Shown piece after piece: positions 9,947 through 19,032 of a DNA stretch of 64,000 nt. The DNA lies in NCBI GenBank assembly GCA_016188385.1, contig JACPHV010000002.1, forward strand, positions 101,682 to 165,681, in the 5' to 3' direction. A program made the translations under genes and the position numbers. Source of the stretch: Candidatus Uhrbacteria bacterium. GTDB taxonomy: Bacteria > Patescibacteriota > Patescibacteriia > JACQRZ01. A model generated the notes under the pieces. It searched no databases. It saw only the letters and a program-made list of their open reading frames with translations, and had not been told where the DNA came from. Each line of letters begins with the position of its first letter. The first letter of the stretch is position 1.

Positions 9947-11362
9947 ATGAAAAAAAACGACCTGCTATTTGCGGCATTATTGGTGCCATTTGATTTTGTA
10001 TTTTTACTGGCAGCGGGATACGCTGCCTATTTTTTACGTTTTCAAGCGCTCACGGATCTTCAACCGGTAATCTATCAGATACCTCCGTCGATCTATACGA
10101 GCTACGCGATCGGCGTAGGCATATTTACAATCCTGATCTACGCACTATCAGGACTTTATCATTTTGGGCACGACCGCGTACAAAACGAAGTGTCAAAAAT
10201 TATTACTGCATGCTCCACGAGCTTCATGCTTGTCATTGTTTTTATTTTCTTTATTCAAGAATTATTCAGTTCGCGATTCATCATACTGGCTGCATGGCTC
10301 CTTGCTATCGCCTTTACGATCACAGGACGCCTTTTGTTGCGGATTTTTCGTCTTATCTTGTTCCGTTATTCAATTGGCTCGCAACGAGTCGCGATCATAG
10401 GATCCGATAAGCGTACGAAAGAATTTATCAGTGAAATAGAGCGACGTCTATGGCTCGGATATCGTCTCGCATTCCATGCGGAACGACTCACTGATGCGGT
10501 CTTTGAACGATTGCGACAAGTGGCCGCGCATGGTTCATTGGATGGGATAATTGTTATCGATGCAAATCTTGAATCGAATCAACTGCGAGCGCTCATCGAA
10601 TTTGCAGACATCCATCATGTAAGCATCAGGTATTCTGCGGATATGATCGGGGAAAAAAATATTGAGATATCAACTGTTCTTGGCGTCCCGCTTATTCATT
10701 TTAAGCGCACGCGGCTCCATGGGTGGGGTAGGATTATGAAGCGTTCTTTTGATATGCTTATCGGCTTAGTGTTGACAGCAGGATTCCTTCCGATTGCGTT
10801 TTTTGTCGCAATTGCCATAAGACTTGATTCTCCCGGGCCTATTATTTATCGAAATGTACGTGTTGGTCAGGATGGAAAGCTCTTTGATACCTATAAATTC
10901 AGATCAATGTTTCAACAGCATTGTACCGGCCCGCAGTACGATAAAGACGGCGCGGCTGAACAGTATCAAAGACGCCTGGTGCAGAATCGGAGCGTGCGTC
11001 ACGGACCTGTTTTCAAGGTATTGGATGATCCTAGAAGGACTCGTGTTGGACGATTTCTGGAGCGGACAAGTCTTGATGAGCTACCGCAATTCATTAACGT
11101 ATTGAAGGGCAATATGAGCCTCGTTGGACCACGGCCCCATATGCCGTCTGAAGTTGAAGGATATCGACGAGCGCATTATCAACTCTTTCGCGTTAAACCC
11201 GGCATAACTGGACTCGCGCAAATCAGCGGACGGAGCGATATTGATTTTGAGGATGAAGCACGTCTTGATATTTATTATCTGGAGCACTGGTCGCTCCTTC
11301 TCGATCTGGCTATACTGTTAAAAACTCCGTATGCGGTGCTCACACGCCGCTCTAACGTATAA
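9947..11362 (+). CDS. Undecaprenyl-phosphate hexose-1-phosphate transferase (bacterial sugar transferase, WbaP/CpsE-like)
   Basis: Five N-terminal TM helices, with the C-terminal bacterial sugar-transferase domain ([14 protein letters not shown]...[30 protein letters not shown]...[19 protein letters not shown]). Confidence 0.8.
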   Translation: MKKNDLLFAALLVPFDFVFLLAAGYAAYFLRFQALTDLQPVIYQIPPSIYTSYAIGVGIFTILIYALSGLYHFGHDRVQNEVSKIITACSTSFMLVIVFIFFIQELFSSRFIILAAWLLAIAFTITGRLLLRIFRLILFRYSIGSQRVAIIGSDKRTKEFISEIERRLWLGYRLAFHAERLTDAVFERLRQVAAHGSLDGIIVIDANLESNQLRALIEFADIHHVSIRYSADMIGEKNIEISTVLGVPLIHFKRTRLHGWGRIMKRSFDMLIGLVLTAGFLPIAFFVAIAIRLDSPGPIIYRNVRVGQDGKLFDTYKFRSMFQQHCTGPQYDKDGAAEQYQRRLVQNRSVRHGPVFKVLDDPRRTRVGRFLERTSLDELPQFINVLKGNMSLVGPRPHMPSEVEGYRRAHYQLFRVKPGITGLAQISGRSDIDFEDEARLDIYYLEHWSLLLDLAILLKTPYAVLTRRSNV

Positions 11363-11373
11363 GTGCGTATGCA

Positions 11374-12525
11374 GTGTCAATTATGAAGATAGCATTAATA
11401 CATGATCATCTCGTGCAAATAGGCGGCGCTGAGCGCGTCTTGAAGGTATTTTCTGATTTATACCCTGATGCACCTATTTATACACTTATCTATGATGAAA
11501 GCCGGTTTCATGATTTTATCGACAGATCGAGAATACGTACTTCGTTTCTACAAAGCGTGCCTTTCAGCAAGTCTCGTTATCAATGGCTCTTACCTTTGAT
11601 GACAACCGCGACCGAGCTTCATGATCTTAGCAAATTCGATGTTGTACTCTCAAGTTCATCGGCATTTTCAAAAGGAGTGATCACAAAATCAACTACAATG
11701 CACATATGCTATTGCCATACCCCCACTCGGTACTTGTGGACAGACTCGCATGCGTACACAAATGATCTTAAGATACCCGGATTGATTAAAAAAGGGGTTC
11801 CTTTTTTGCTTTCTCAATTACGTTTATGGGATCAATTGGCTGCAAATCGCGTTGATCACTTTATCGCGAATTCAAAAACCGTCCAAGAACGAATTATGAA
11901 ATATTATCGAAGGACAAGCGATTCAATTTATCCGCCTGTTGCGCTTGATAAATTTTATATTTCCGAAAAGGTTGATAATTATTTTTTAGCGGGCGGCCGG
12001 CTTGTCTCATATAAAAAATTTGATATGATATGCGAGGCATTTAACAATCTGGGACTGCCGCTTAAAATATTCGGGATCGGTCCCGAACAACAAAAACTTA
12101 GAAGAATTTCCAGGAAAAAAAATATTGAGTTTCTCGGAGCCGTCACCGATGCACAGCGTGCTGATCTCTATAGTAAATGCATAGCGTATATTCACCCGCA
12201 AGAAGAAGATTTCGGAATTACCGCGATTGAAGCGATGGCTTCCGGCAGGCCGGTAATAGCGCTCGCCGCGGGCGGAGCTTTGGAAACGATTGTCGACGGG
12301 CTAACCGGTACATTTTTTTATGATCAAGATTGGCCCGCCCTCGCTGATGCCGTCATCCGTTTTGATGCCACGAAATATAATCCGGAAAAGATACGCCGCC
12401 ATGCGATGCAATTCAGTGTAGATAGATTTAAGAAAGAAATTACGGGATATGTTGATCGCGCGCTGGAACGCTGGCAGGATGTGCAACACATGAAACGTCT
12501 ACGGGAGACAAAACGGTTATTTTAA
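11374..12525 (+). CDS. Glycosyltransferase family 4 (retaining GT-B)
   Basis: The EX7E motif region EDFGITAIEAMASGRPVIA is typical of GT4/RfaG-like enzymes. It sits directly downstream of the priming sugar transferase. Confidence 0.8.
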   Translation: MSIMKIALIHDHLVQIGGAERVLKVFSDLYPDAPIYTLIYDESRFHDFIDRSRIRTSFLQSVPFSKSRYQWLLPLMTTATELHDLSKFDVVLSSSSAFSKGVITKSTTMHICYCHTPTRYLWTDSHAYTNDLKIPGLIKKGVPFLLSQLRLWDQLAANRVDHFIANSKTVQERIMKYYRRTSDSIYPPVALDKFYISEKVDNYFLAGGRLVSYKKFDMICEAFNNLGLPLKIFGIGPEQQKLRRISRKKNIEFLGAVTDAQRADLYSKCIAYIHPQEEDFGITAIEAMASGRPVIALAAGGALETIVDGLTGTFFYDQDWPALADAVIRFDATKYNPEKIRRHAMQFSVDRFKKEITGYVDRALERWQDVQHMKRLRETKRLF

Positions 12526-12543
12526 TATCCTAATGAAGAATCC

Positions 12544-12948
12544 ATGATTGCAGATCATTTGCTAGCTCATATCGGACAGTATATCTTATTAAAAAACAAA
12601 AGCGGACTACTATTATTGCGTAAGCTCCGCTCTGCCATTGCCTGGGGATTGCCCGGCGGCCGTATCGAAGAAGGGGAGAGCTGGGAGCAGGCTCTAGAAC
12701 GAGAAATAAAAGAAGAAACGGGCCTTACGATTACTGAACCGAAGCCGATCGCGGTGCATCTTATGCGTGAAGGCTCCATGATGAAATATTGCGTATATTT
12801 TAAGGCAGATGTTGTTGATGAAGCGCGGATGCTATTTGACAAAAAAACACATTCCTTGAAATGGGTTTCTTGCCAAGCGGCAGCCAATCTCGATTATGTT
12901 TCTTCTGATATGAAGGATATCATCCTTGGCTTTTTGAAGGAGACATAG
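12544..12948 (+). CDS. NUDIX hydrolase
   Basis: Nudix box GGRIEEGESWEQALEREIKEETGL (GX5EX7REUXEEXGU). Confidence 0.75.
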   Translation: MIADHLLAHIGQYILLKNKSGLLLLRKLRSAIAWGLPGGRIEEGESWEQALEREIKEETGLTITEPKPIAVHLMREGSMMKYCVYFKADVVDEARMLFDKKTHSLKWVSCQAAANLDYVSSDMKDIILGFLKET

Positions 12949-12958
12949 CACCGCTGTT

Positions 12959-13134
12959 ATTGAGACTGTAGAAAAATATCAGACGTAACTTTCTTCCGGC
13001 TCCTTTCGGCGCCGTTTGAGCCAAAAATGGCTTCTCACTCGTCGAAATACTCCAGTATTCCGACGAGTTGCGGCACTATTTTTGATCTCAAACGTCATCC
13101 AAAATGACCGGGAAGCTATTTTTCTACAGCCTCA
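12959..13134. repeat. TIR-bounded element of about 176 bp (MITE/REP-like), copy 1
   Basis: Left end ATTGAGACTGTAGAAAAATATCAG; right end GCTATTTTTCTACAGCCTCATT (17/20 inverted match). Internal conserved blocks are TTCTTCCGGCTCCTTTC and GAAATACTCCAGTATTCC. Homologous to 15222-15393 in inverted orientation. Confidence 0.6.
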
Positions 13135-13268
13135 TTTTGATATAAAAATCGTTCCATCTTGTCAAAGTAATTTCTAGATGCTCATACAAACACATTGATT
13201 GTGCGACACATGAAGGTCTTCATTATTTCATGGAAAACGAAAGGGGATACGATTAGAATGTATTTGAA

Positions 13269-14255
13269 TCAAGTCGTTTTACCTCCATGATGAAATTTTC
13301 TGTGAATATCACGCAAGCGTTTCGATGTAATATGGGTATAGACTTGAGTCGTCGCTATATTGCGATGTCCGAGAAACTCCTGAACAGTACGGAGATCAAC
13401 GCCCTGCGTGAGAAGATCTGTGGCAAAACTATGCCGTAGCGTATGTGGGGTCGCCAAAAAAGGAAGCCCTGCTTTTTTTGCATATTTTTGGACAATACCC
13501 TCAATTGCCCTCGTTGTAAGGCGTTTTGAGTCAGTTTGAGGGCCCTTGAACCTAATAAAGAGCGGTTCATAATCATCATTACGCGAAGATAGGTATGTTC
13601 TCACCCACATCAAAGCCTGCTGTGAAAAATACACTGTTCGCGTATATCCGCCCTTGCCAATAATACTCACTTCAAAATCCGGCGCATGAAGTACGCCCTC
13701 AAATTGCTTACGGTCGAGAGCCGCGAGTTCCGCAACACGAAGACCTGTGGAGAAGAGCGACTCTAGAATTGCTCTGTCACGAAGCCCTGCACTCGTTTTT
13801 GGATTAGCCATTTGGCAAAGTTTATCAACCTGCGTACCGTCAAGAAATTTAATCAGCCGTTCACGCCGCTCCTTTGGTAGTTTAATTTTTTCAGTCGGAA
13901 GCGATTCTATATCCCTTTCATGAAAAAATGCAAAAAACATCCTAAGCGCGATTAAATAACGGCTTTGCGTCGAGCTTGAGAGCGAGGGAGATAACTTTCT
14001 TGTTTTGTTTGGACGTCGCGCAAGCCATAATCGGTATTTCTGTATATGCTCCGCGGTAATTTCTCTTGGGGTAATCGTTGCAAGATTATTTAATTTCAAC
14101 CATGTAATAAATGATTTCAAGAATCTACCGTAATTCTTTATGGTATTTAATGATAATCCTTTTTCAACCTCGCTATATTCAAGAAAGTCAATATAATATG
14201 CGGGTGTTGGTTTTTGCATATATTCTACATATGAGAAAGACCCTATCGCTCTCAA
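13269..14255 (-). CDS. Tyrosine site-specific recombinase (XerC/XerD / phage-integrase family)
   Basis: C-terminal catalytic region HTLRHSFATDLLTQGVDLRTVQEFLGHRNIATTQVYTH (R..H..R..Y). The N-terminal SAM-like core-binding domain reads LSLNTIKNYGRFLKSF. The true start may be the internal Met (MQKPTPAYY) at about 14219. Confidence 0.8.
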   Translation of the reverse strand: MRAIGSFSYVEYMQKPTPAYYIDFLEYSEVEKGLSLNTIKNYGRFLKSFITWLKLNNLATITPREITAEHIQKYRLWLARRPNKTRKLSPSLSSSTQSRYLIALRMFFAFFHERDIESLPTEKIKLPKERRERLIKFLDGTQVDKLCQMANPKTSAGLRDRAILESLFSTGLRVAELAALDRKQFEGVLHAPDFEVSIIGKGGYTRTVYFSQQALMWVRTYLSSRNDDYEPLFIRFKGPQTDSKRLTTRAIEGIVQKYAKKAGLPFLATPHTLRHSFATDLLTQGVDLRTVQEFLGHRNIATTQVYTHITSKRLRDIHRKFHHGGKTT

Positions 14256-14472
14256 GATGCTCGAGTCCTGGTTTGCCTGCCCAGGCGTTCATAGCTAACA
14301 CAAATTCAATTTACCTACATTATACGAAGTATAATACACCATAAAACAACCCCTTCATAGCTCCTTTCTGTGGATAACCGATATCAGATTGCAAAAGAAT
14401 TCCGCCGAACCTATCATTTTTCACCCGCGCGAAGGCGGGTATCCAATAAAATGACATAATCACCAGCCTGAG

Positions 14473-14504
14473 ATAAAAACAAGGGGTGTCATAGACAGCC
14501 CCTT
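14473..14504 (-). terminator. Putative rho-independent terminator
   Basis: On the minus strand this reads AAGGGGCTGTCTATGACACCCCTT followed by GTTTTTAT. It lies 31 nt after the stop of the minus-strand ORF 14535-14981. Confidence 0.4.
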
Positions 14505-14534
14505 ATCACGATAAAATGAAACACGATATGTCCT

Positions 14535-14981
14535 CTATTTGCCGCCTTCGCCCTCCCAGGACTCGAGCATCTTTAGATCGTCCGGGTCCAAGGGACCCGT
14601 GTCCTTGACCGGCTTGTGTTGGTTATACCCTTGCCCTGTGTTGAATCCGTTGGCGTTCTCCTCATTCCTCGCCTCCATGGCGCCCCCTTTCTGGCAGCTC
14701 TTGCGCTGCCGATCGTTGATCCATGCGTCCAGTATCTGTCGCAGCGCAATCGCTGCTGTGAGATACAGCAAAGCCGATGCTGTTAAACCGCTTACTGCCG
14801 CAATAATTGTCCATGTGGCCGAATCAATTGTCGATATCCTGTTTGCTAAGCTTTGCAGTGACTCGCTCGGGTCCCTGCGCGGTATGAATAGGACTGCCGG
14901 TACGACTGTTAGGATCATGGCTGAAATCCAGTATTCTCCGCGAGACATCGAGTATCCTCCTCCACGACCGAATACGGGCAA
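14535..14981 (-). CDS. Hypothetical small membrane protein
   Basis: Two predicted TM helices (ISAMILTVVPAVLFIP and WTIIAAVSGLTASALLYLTAAIAL). A terminator hairpin lies downstream. Preferred over the overlapping plus-strand ORF 14539-15042. Confidence 0.4.
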   Translation of the reverse strand: MPVFGRGGGYSMSRGEYWISAMILTVVPAVLFIPRRDPSESLQSLANRISTIDSATWTIIAAVSGLTASALLYLTAAIALRQILDAWINDRQRKSCQKGGAMEARNEENANGFNTGQGYNQHKPVKDTGPLDPDDLKMLESWEGEGGK

Positions 14982-15221
14982 ACTTGGTTGCGCGATATCG
15001 TTTCCATTGCTTCTTCAACGAACAATGCCTCCTGAAAAGTAAGTATGCAGTGGAAACAACCCACATGTCAACGGATCACTATCCCCCATCATGTATATTG
15101 AATTTATGCGTCGCACAATTTTTGATGTTGCTTTCTCTATAACATTCAATGTATAAACCGCCTTATACATTGAATGTTGCAAATCTTTCTTGAATATCGC
15201 CTACCCGGCAAAGCAGCTTAA

Positions 15222-15393
15222 GAGACTTCTGAAAAAGAGCTTCCAGGTCCTTTGCGATTCAATTTCGTTCCAAAAAGGATGATGAACGCGAAGGAATACT
15301 GGAGTATTCCGACAAGTTCAGCGCCTTTCTTGGAAGGAAATTGGGCGGAAAGGAGCCGGAAGAATTACATAATGAACTTTTGCAGAGGTCTCT
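15222..15393. repeat. TIR-bounded element of about 172 bp (MITE/REP-like), copy 2, inverted relative to copy 1
   Basis: Ends are CTTAAGAGACTTCTGAAAAAG and CTTTTGCAGAGGTCTCTTAAGG (20/22 inverted). The internal blocks GGAATACTGGAGTATTCC and GGAAAGGAGCCGGAAGAAT match copy 1 in reverse complement. It contains the TAA stop of the M23 peptidase gene. Confidence 0.55.
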
Positions 15394-16616
15394 TAAGGAA
15401 GATATTTCAGAGGGTCAACGGGAATACCATTAAGGCGTACTTCAAAATGCAAATGCGGGCCAGTTGTGAGCTTGCCAGCTCCTGCCGTACCTGGCATACC
15501 GCCTGAAAAACCAATAATATCGCCCTTTTTAATATAGGTGTCCTCCGGAACGATAATCCTGCTTACATGCCCATAGACCGTTGCGAGGCCTTGGTCATGG
15601 ACTATCATGATATAGCTATAGCCCATACCGTTGTCTTTCGCGCGCGCGACATAACCGCTTGCCGCGGCCTTCAGTGGTGTTCCTTGATATGCCCTGATAT
15701 CAATTGCGGAATGTTCAAAGATATGTCGGAACGGATAATCGGGATCTCGGAAGTAGGTAGTGATGCCGCGTGAAGGGTCAACCGGCCAAGAAAGTGAAAC
15801 GGGCTTATTGTCAAACAAATCCAATCGCTGGCGTATTGATTTTTCCAACTCTGAAATCTCGCTATCAGCTGCGACTTGTTCGGCTCGAGCTTCTATCAAA
15901 AGCTGCTCATATTTTTCCTTCGAAAGGACTGACTGCAACACGAGTACCTCTTTTGCTTTTTTTTGCTCTTTAAGCAGATCTCCTGAAACTTCAAGCGATT
16001 GTCGCAATTCTTGCAGCCTTACCTTGCTCTGTTCAAGCGTATTTCTCTGTGCAAGCAATTGATCTTTCAAGACTTTAAGCCGCTCAAGCGATTGGAATAC
16101 TTCTCCGTTTACGGTCTCAAGATATTGGATGGTGTCAAAAAAATCAGAAAAGCGTTCATTCGTTAAAAATAGCTCGAGATAATCGCGGCGTTCTTGCTTA
16201 TGGATCTGTCGTACAAAGGCAGCGAGATGCTCTTTATACAACGCGATATCCGTCTCTTTATCTTGAATTTGAACCGTTGCTTGTTCCACCTCGAGTCCAA
16301 GCTGCGCTATCTCCTCTGCTGCTGCTTCGATAGATAACTCCGTCTTTCTGACGCCATCTTCAATGTTAGCGATATCTGATTGCAAGGATGCGGCCTCCTG
16401 AAGTCGCGCGCGAATAGCTCGTTCATAGGTATCAATTTGCGAACGCAAGGATGAGACTCTGCTGCGCTTGTCGCGAATCTGTTCGTTTAATTCCAGTATG
16501 GAAATGTCATGAGATGTCCCCTGCGCACCGACATCGTCGCTCACGATGGCAATTCCGAACAATGTCATGACAAAAGCACATGCGCTCAATACGATGATCC
16601 GTTCTAATACCTTCAT
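15393..16616 (-). CDS. Peptidase M23 family murein endopeptidase with N-terminal coiled-coil (EnvC-like)
   Basis: Signal/TM at the N-terminus, then a long coiled-coil. The C-terminal LytM/M23 domain has HxH (GPHLHFEVRLNGIPVDP). Confidence 0.8.
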   Translation of the reverse strand: MKVLERIIVLSACAFVMTLFGIAIVSDDVGAQGTSHDISILELNEQIRDKRSRVSSLRSQIDTYERAIRARLQEAASLQSDIANIEDGVRKTELSIEAAAEEIAQLGLEVEQATVQIQDKETDIALYKEHLAAFVRQIHKQERRDYLELFLTNERFSDFFDTIQYLETVNGEVFQSLERLKVLKDQLLAQRNTLEQSKVRLQELRQSLEVSGDLLKEQKKAKEVLVLQSVLSKEKYEQLLIEARAEQVAADSEISELEKSIRQRLDLFDNKPVSLSWPVDPSRGITTYFRDPDYPFRHIFEHSAIDIRAYQGTPLKAAASGYVARAKDNGMGYSYIMIVHDQGLATVYGHVSRIIVPEDTYIKKGDIIGFSGGMPGTAGAGKLTTGPHLHFEVRLNGIPVDPLKYLP

Positions 16617-16638
16617 AACAATACATGGTGATCGATAA

Positions 16639-16689
16639 ATTGAGACTGTAGTAAAATATCAGCGGGAAGCTATTTTTCACCAGTCTCAA
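16639..16689. repeat. Solo hairpin derivative of the TIR element (copy 3)
   Basis: TTGAGACTGTAGTAAAATATCAG-CGGGAAGCTATTTTTCACCAGTCTCAA. A perfect 9-bp closing stem (TTGAGACTG/CAGTCTCAA). The gltX stop codon (cta at 16670-16672) and its last about 6 codons lie inside it. Confidence 0.55.
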
Positions 16690-18184
16690 ATTGCAATTTT
16701 TTTTCGGCATCCTTGATGCGTTCCACTGATCGTTTCTTGCCCAGCACTGAAGCGACCTCAAACGGACTCGGGCTTGCCGCCAAACCCGTTAACGCAACCC
16801 GCAACGGCCATAATACAACACCGTTTTTCATGCCCGCACTTTGAATCTCTTTTTTCAGCTGATCTTCAAGATTCTCCGGGCTATATTCATCCGCCGAAAT
16901 TTTTTGAAGTGATGAATATGCGATAAGGAGTCCTTGCTTGATTTCCTCGACTGGGGTTTTTTTCCATATAAGCAACGCGGCGTCATATTCCAGTTCTTGC
17001 GTGAATACATAGGAAAGACGATGAGGTATCTCGCGTAAACGGTGGATACGTTCTTGCTCAAGTCGGACGATCGATTCAAGCTCTGTTTGAGATAACCGTC
17101 GTCCATCTGTCGAAACCGAATAACTCTCCCCTTCTCTTACGATATACCCTTCCTCAATCAAATACGGGATACACCATGAAGTTAATTCGGGAAGACTCAT
17201 CCCGCGAATATACATGGCGTTGAACCACTCTAATTTCTGTAAATCAAAAATGGCGCCCGACTTATTCACGCGTTCCAAAGAAAACTCCTTTTCGAGCTCC
17301 TCCAATGTAAATAGCTCGCGATCGTTGCCGGGATTCCATCCAAGAAGCGCCATAAAATTAACCAGCGCTTGCGGAAGGTATCCTTCGGTGCGATATTCAA
17401 GCAGCGATACCTTATTTTGACGCTTGCTTAATTTTGTCCTGTCAGGATTCAAGATCAATGGCAGATGAGCAAACTCCGGTACGGTAAATCCGAATGCCTC
17501 ATCGAGAAGAATTTGTTTCGGTATATTGGATATGTGTTCCTCTCCCCTGATAATATGGCTTATCTTCATCTGATAATCATCGATTACTACGGCGAAATTA
17601 TAAAGCGGCGCGTCAAAATCCTTCGCAATGATAAAATCATCAAGCGTATTGGTATCAAAGGTGAGTTCCCCACGAATATGATCAACGACGCTTAACACTC
17701 TGTTGCGCGGTATGCGAAAACGAAGCGTAGAAGATTTTCCGCTTGACTTCATTGCGGCACGTTGTGATGCGGATAGGTCTGCGCATGTGCCACTATAGCG
17801 AGGCGGCTGCTTCGAGAGTACTTGCATTTCACGCTCCTGTTCTAACTCCTCTTTGCTGCAATAGCATGGGTACACAAGATCTTTATCCGCCAATTGGCGC
17901 AGAAAGGGAGTGTAGGAGCTCATTCTTTCACTTTGGCGATAGGGCGCGCACTCCCCGCCTGTTCCCGGACCCTCATCCCACTGTATGCCAAGCCATTTCA
18001 AGCCTTCAAGTATATCATCCTCAAATTCCTTTTTTGAACGCTCAATGTCAGTATCTTCGATGCGGACGATAAAAACACCATTATTTTTTTTTGCGAACAA
18101 ATAATTAAAAAGCGCCGTACGCGCGGTACCGATATGAAAATACCCTGTCGGTGATGGTGCGATTCGTGTTCGTATCATGCCCAA
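16670..18184 (-). CDS. gltX: Glutamyl-tRNA synthetase
   Basis: HIGH motif (PSPTGYFHIGTART) and KMSKS-type KLSKR. 504 aa. Confidence 0.9.
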   Translation of the reverse strand: MGMIRTRIAPSPTGYFHIGTARTALFNYLFAKKNNGVFIVRIEDTDIERSKKEFEDDILEGLKWLGIQWDEGPGTGGECAPYRQSERMSSYTPFLRQLADKDLVYPCYCSKEELEQEREMQVLSKQPPRYSGTCADLSASQRAAMKSSGKSSTLRFRIPRNRVLSVVDHIRGELTFDTNTLDDFIIAKDFDAPLYNFAVVIDDYQMKISHIIRGEEHISNIPKQILLDEAFGFTVPEFAHLPLILNPDRTKLSKRQNKVSLLEYRTEGYLPQALVNFMALLGWNPGNDRELFTLEELEKEFSLERVNKSGAIFDLQKLEWFNAMYIRGMSLPELTSWCIPYLIEEGYIVREGESYSVSTDGRRLSQTELESIVRLEQERIHRLREIPHRLSYVFTQELEYDAALLIWKKTPVEEIKQGLLIAYSSLQKISADEYSPENLEDQLKKEIQSAGMKNGVVLWPLRVALTGLAASPSPFEVASVLGKKRSVERIKDAEKKLQFETGEK

Positions 18185-18242
18185 AGAATGCAGACTTACT
18201 TAAAGACGGTAGCAAAATACAGGAAGCTACGGTTCAACAGTC

Positions 18243-19028
18243 TCAACTTTTTGTTATGATAATCTTTGTTCCTATCGGTGTCCAGTCATAAAGCAATTTC
18301 GCTTTATCTGTCCCGAGGCGAATACATCCGCCTGATACCGGCGTTCCGAGATGATCTTCGCCTTCTTTCCTGCCTCCCGGCCATTCCGGAAGCTCATGGA
18401 TCCCGTATTTACCCGCGCGAATACCATTCCCCCCTAGTCCCATCCAGTACGGCATCCATAGCTGCGCCGGTCCTGACCATGCCCTGCCGGATTTATTCAC
18501 AATCTGAAACTCCCCCACCGGGGTCGGCATACCCGGCTTACCCGTTGATACGCGAGCCGAGTCTAACATCATATCTCCTAAATAATAGCGAAGCCGTTGA
18601 TCGTCAAGCGCTACCTCTATTCTCTTTTTCAATTTGATTTTTGATTTGCTTCGAGGATCGTAGCTTGCCTCTATCTCCGTACGGTCGTCAAACCCATCGC
18701 CATCCGTATCATTTTTTGCGGGGTTTGTTCCGATTGAAATCTCATACGCGTCAGTAAGGCCGTCTTGATCAGAGTCGGCTTCTGTCAGCTTGATCGCTTC
18801 CGGCGTAAGAGGTGAATACCCATTGAGCGCCTCAATCCAATCACTGTATCCATCGCCATCCGTGTCTGCGTTAAACGGATCAGTCCCGTAACGCAATTCA
18901 TCATGATCTTGTAATCCGTCGCCGTCGCTATCAATATTCTTTTTTGTATCTGCCTGCGTCTCGGTTGGCGCACAGACATAATAGAGTAACGCTAAAGCCA
19001 ATACAAAACGAGCGGCTATGAGCGCCAT
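18243..19028 (-). CDS. L,D-transpeptidase (YkuD domain) fused to TSP3 calcium-binding repeats
   Basis: N-terminal signal peptide, then five D-x-D-x-D-G-x-x-D repeats (DSDGDGLQDHDE, DTDGDGYSDW, DSDQDGLTDAYE, DTDGDGFDDRTE). The C-terminal YkuD catalytic motif is HGT....GGCIRL. The start is trimmed to the Met that avoids overlap with the upstream gene; the track start is 19088. Confidence 0.75.
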   Translation of the reverse strand: MALIAARFVLALALLYYVCAPTETQADTKKNIDSDGDGLQDHDELRYGTDPFNADTDGDGYSDWIEALNGYSPLTPEAIKLTEADSDQDGLTDAYEISIGTNPAKNDTDGDGFDDRTEIEASYDPRSKSKIKLKKRIEVALDDQRLRYYLGDMMLDSARVSTGKPGMPTPVGEFQIVNKSGRAWSGPAQLWMPYWMGLGGNGIRAGKYGIHELPEWPGGRKEGEDHLGTPVSGGCIRLGTDKAKLLYDWTPIGTKIIITKS

Positions 19029-19032
19029 AGCG

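Larger units (their letters stand above)
12959..15393. mobile_element. Candidate composite cassette: tyrosine recombinase plus small membrane protein, flanked by inverted copies of the about 175-bp TIR element
   Basis: See the findings. The two full-length element copies are in opposite orientation, 2.1 kb apart, and enclose only these two genes and their terminator. Confidence 0.35.

Noticed and set aside
14539-15042. Plus-strand 167-aa ORF overlapping the minus-strand 148-aa ORF
   Set aside because: The product is Pro/Ser/Cys-rich with no hydrophobic periodicity. The minus-strand ORF has two clean TM helices and a rho-independent terminator 31 nt downstream of its stop. The minus-strand reading was therefore preferred, with low confidence.
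15252-15506. 84-aa plus-strand ORF
   Set aside because: It overlaps the TIR element copy 2 and the 3' end of the M23 peptidase gene on the opposite strand, and has no support.
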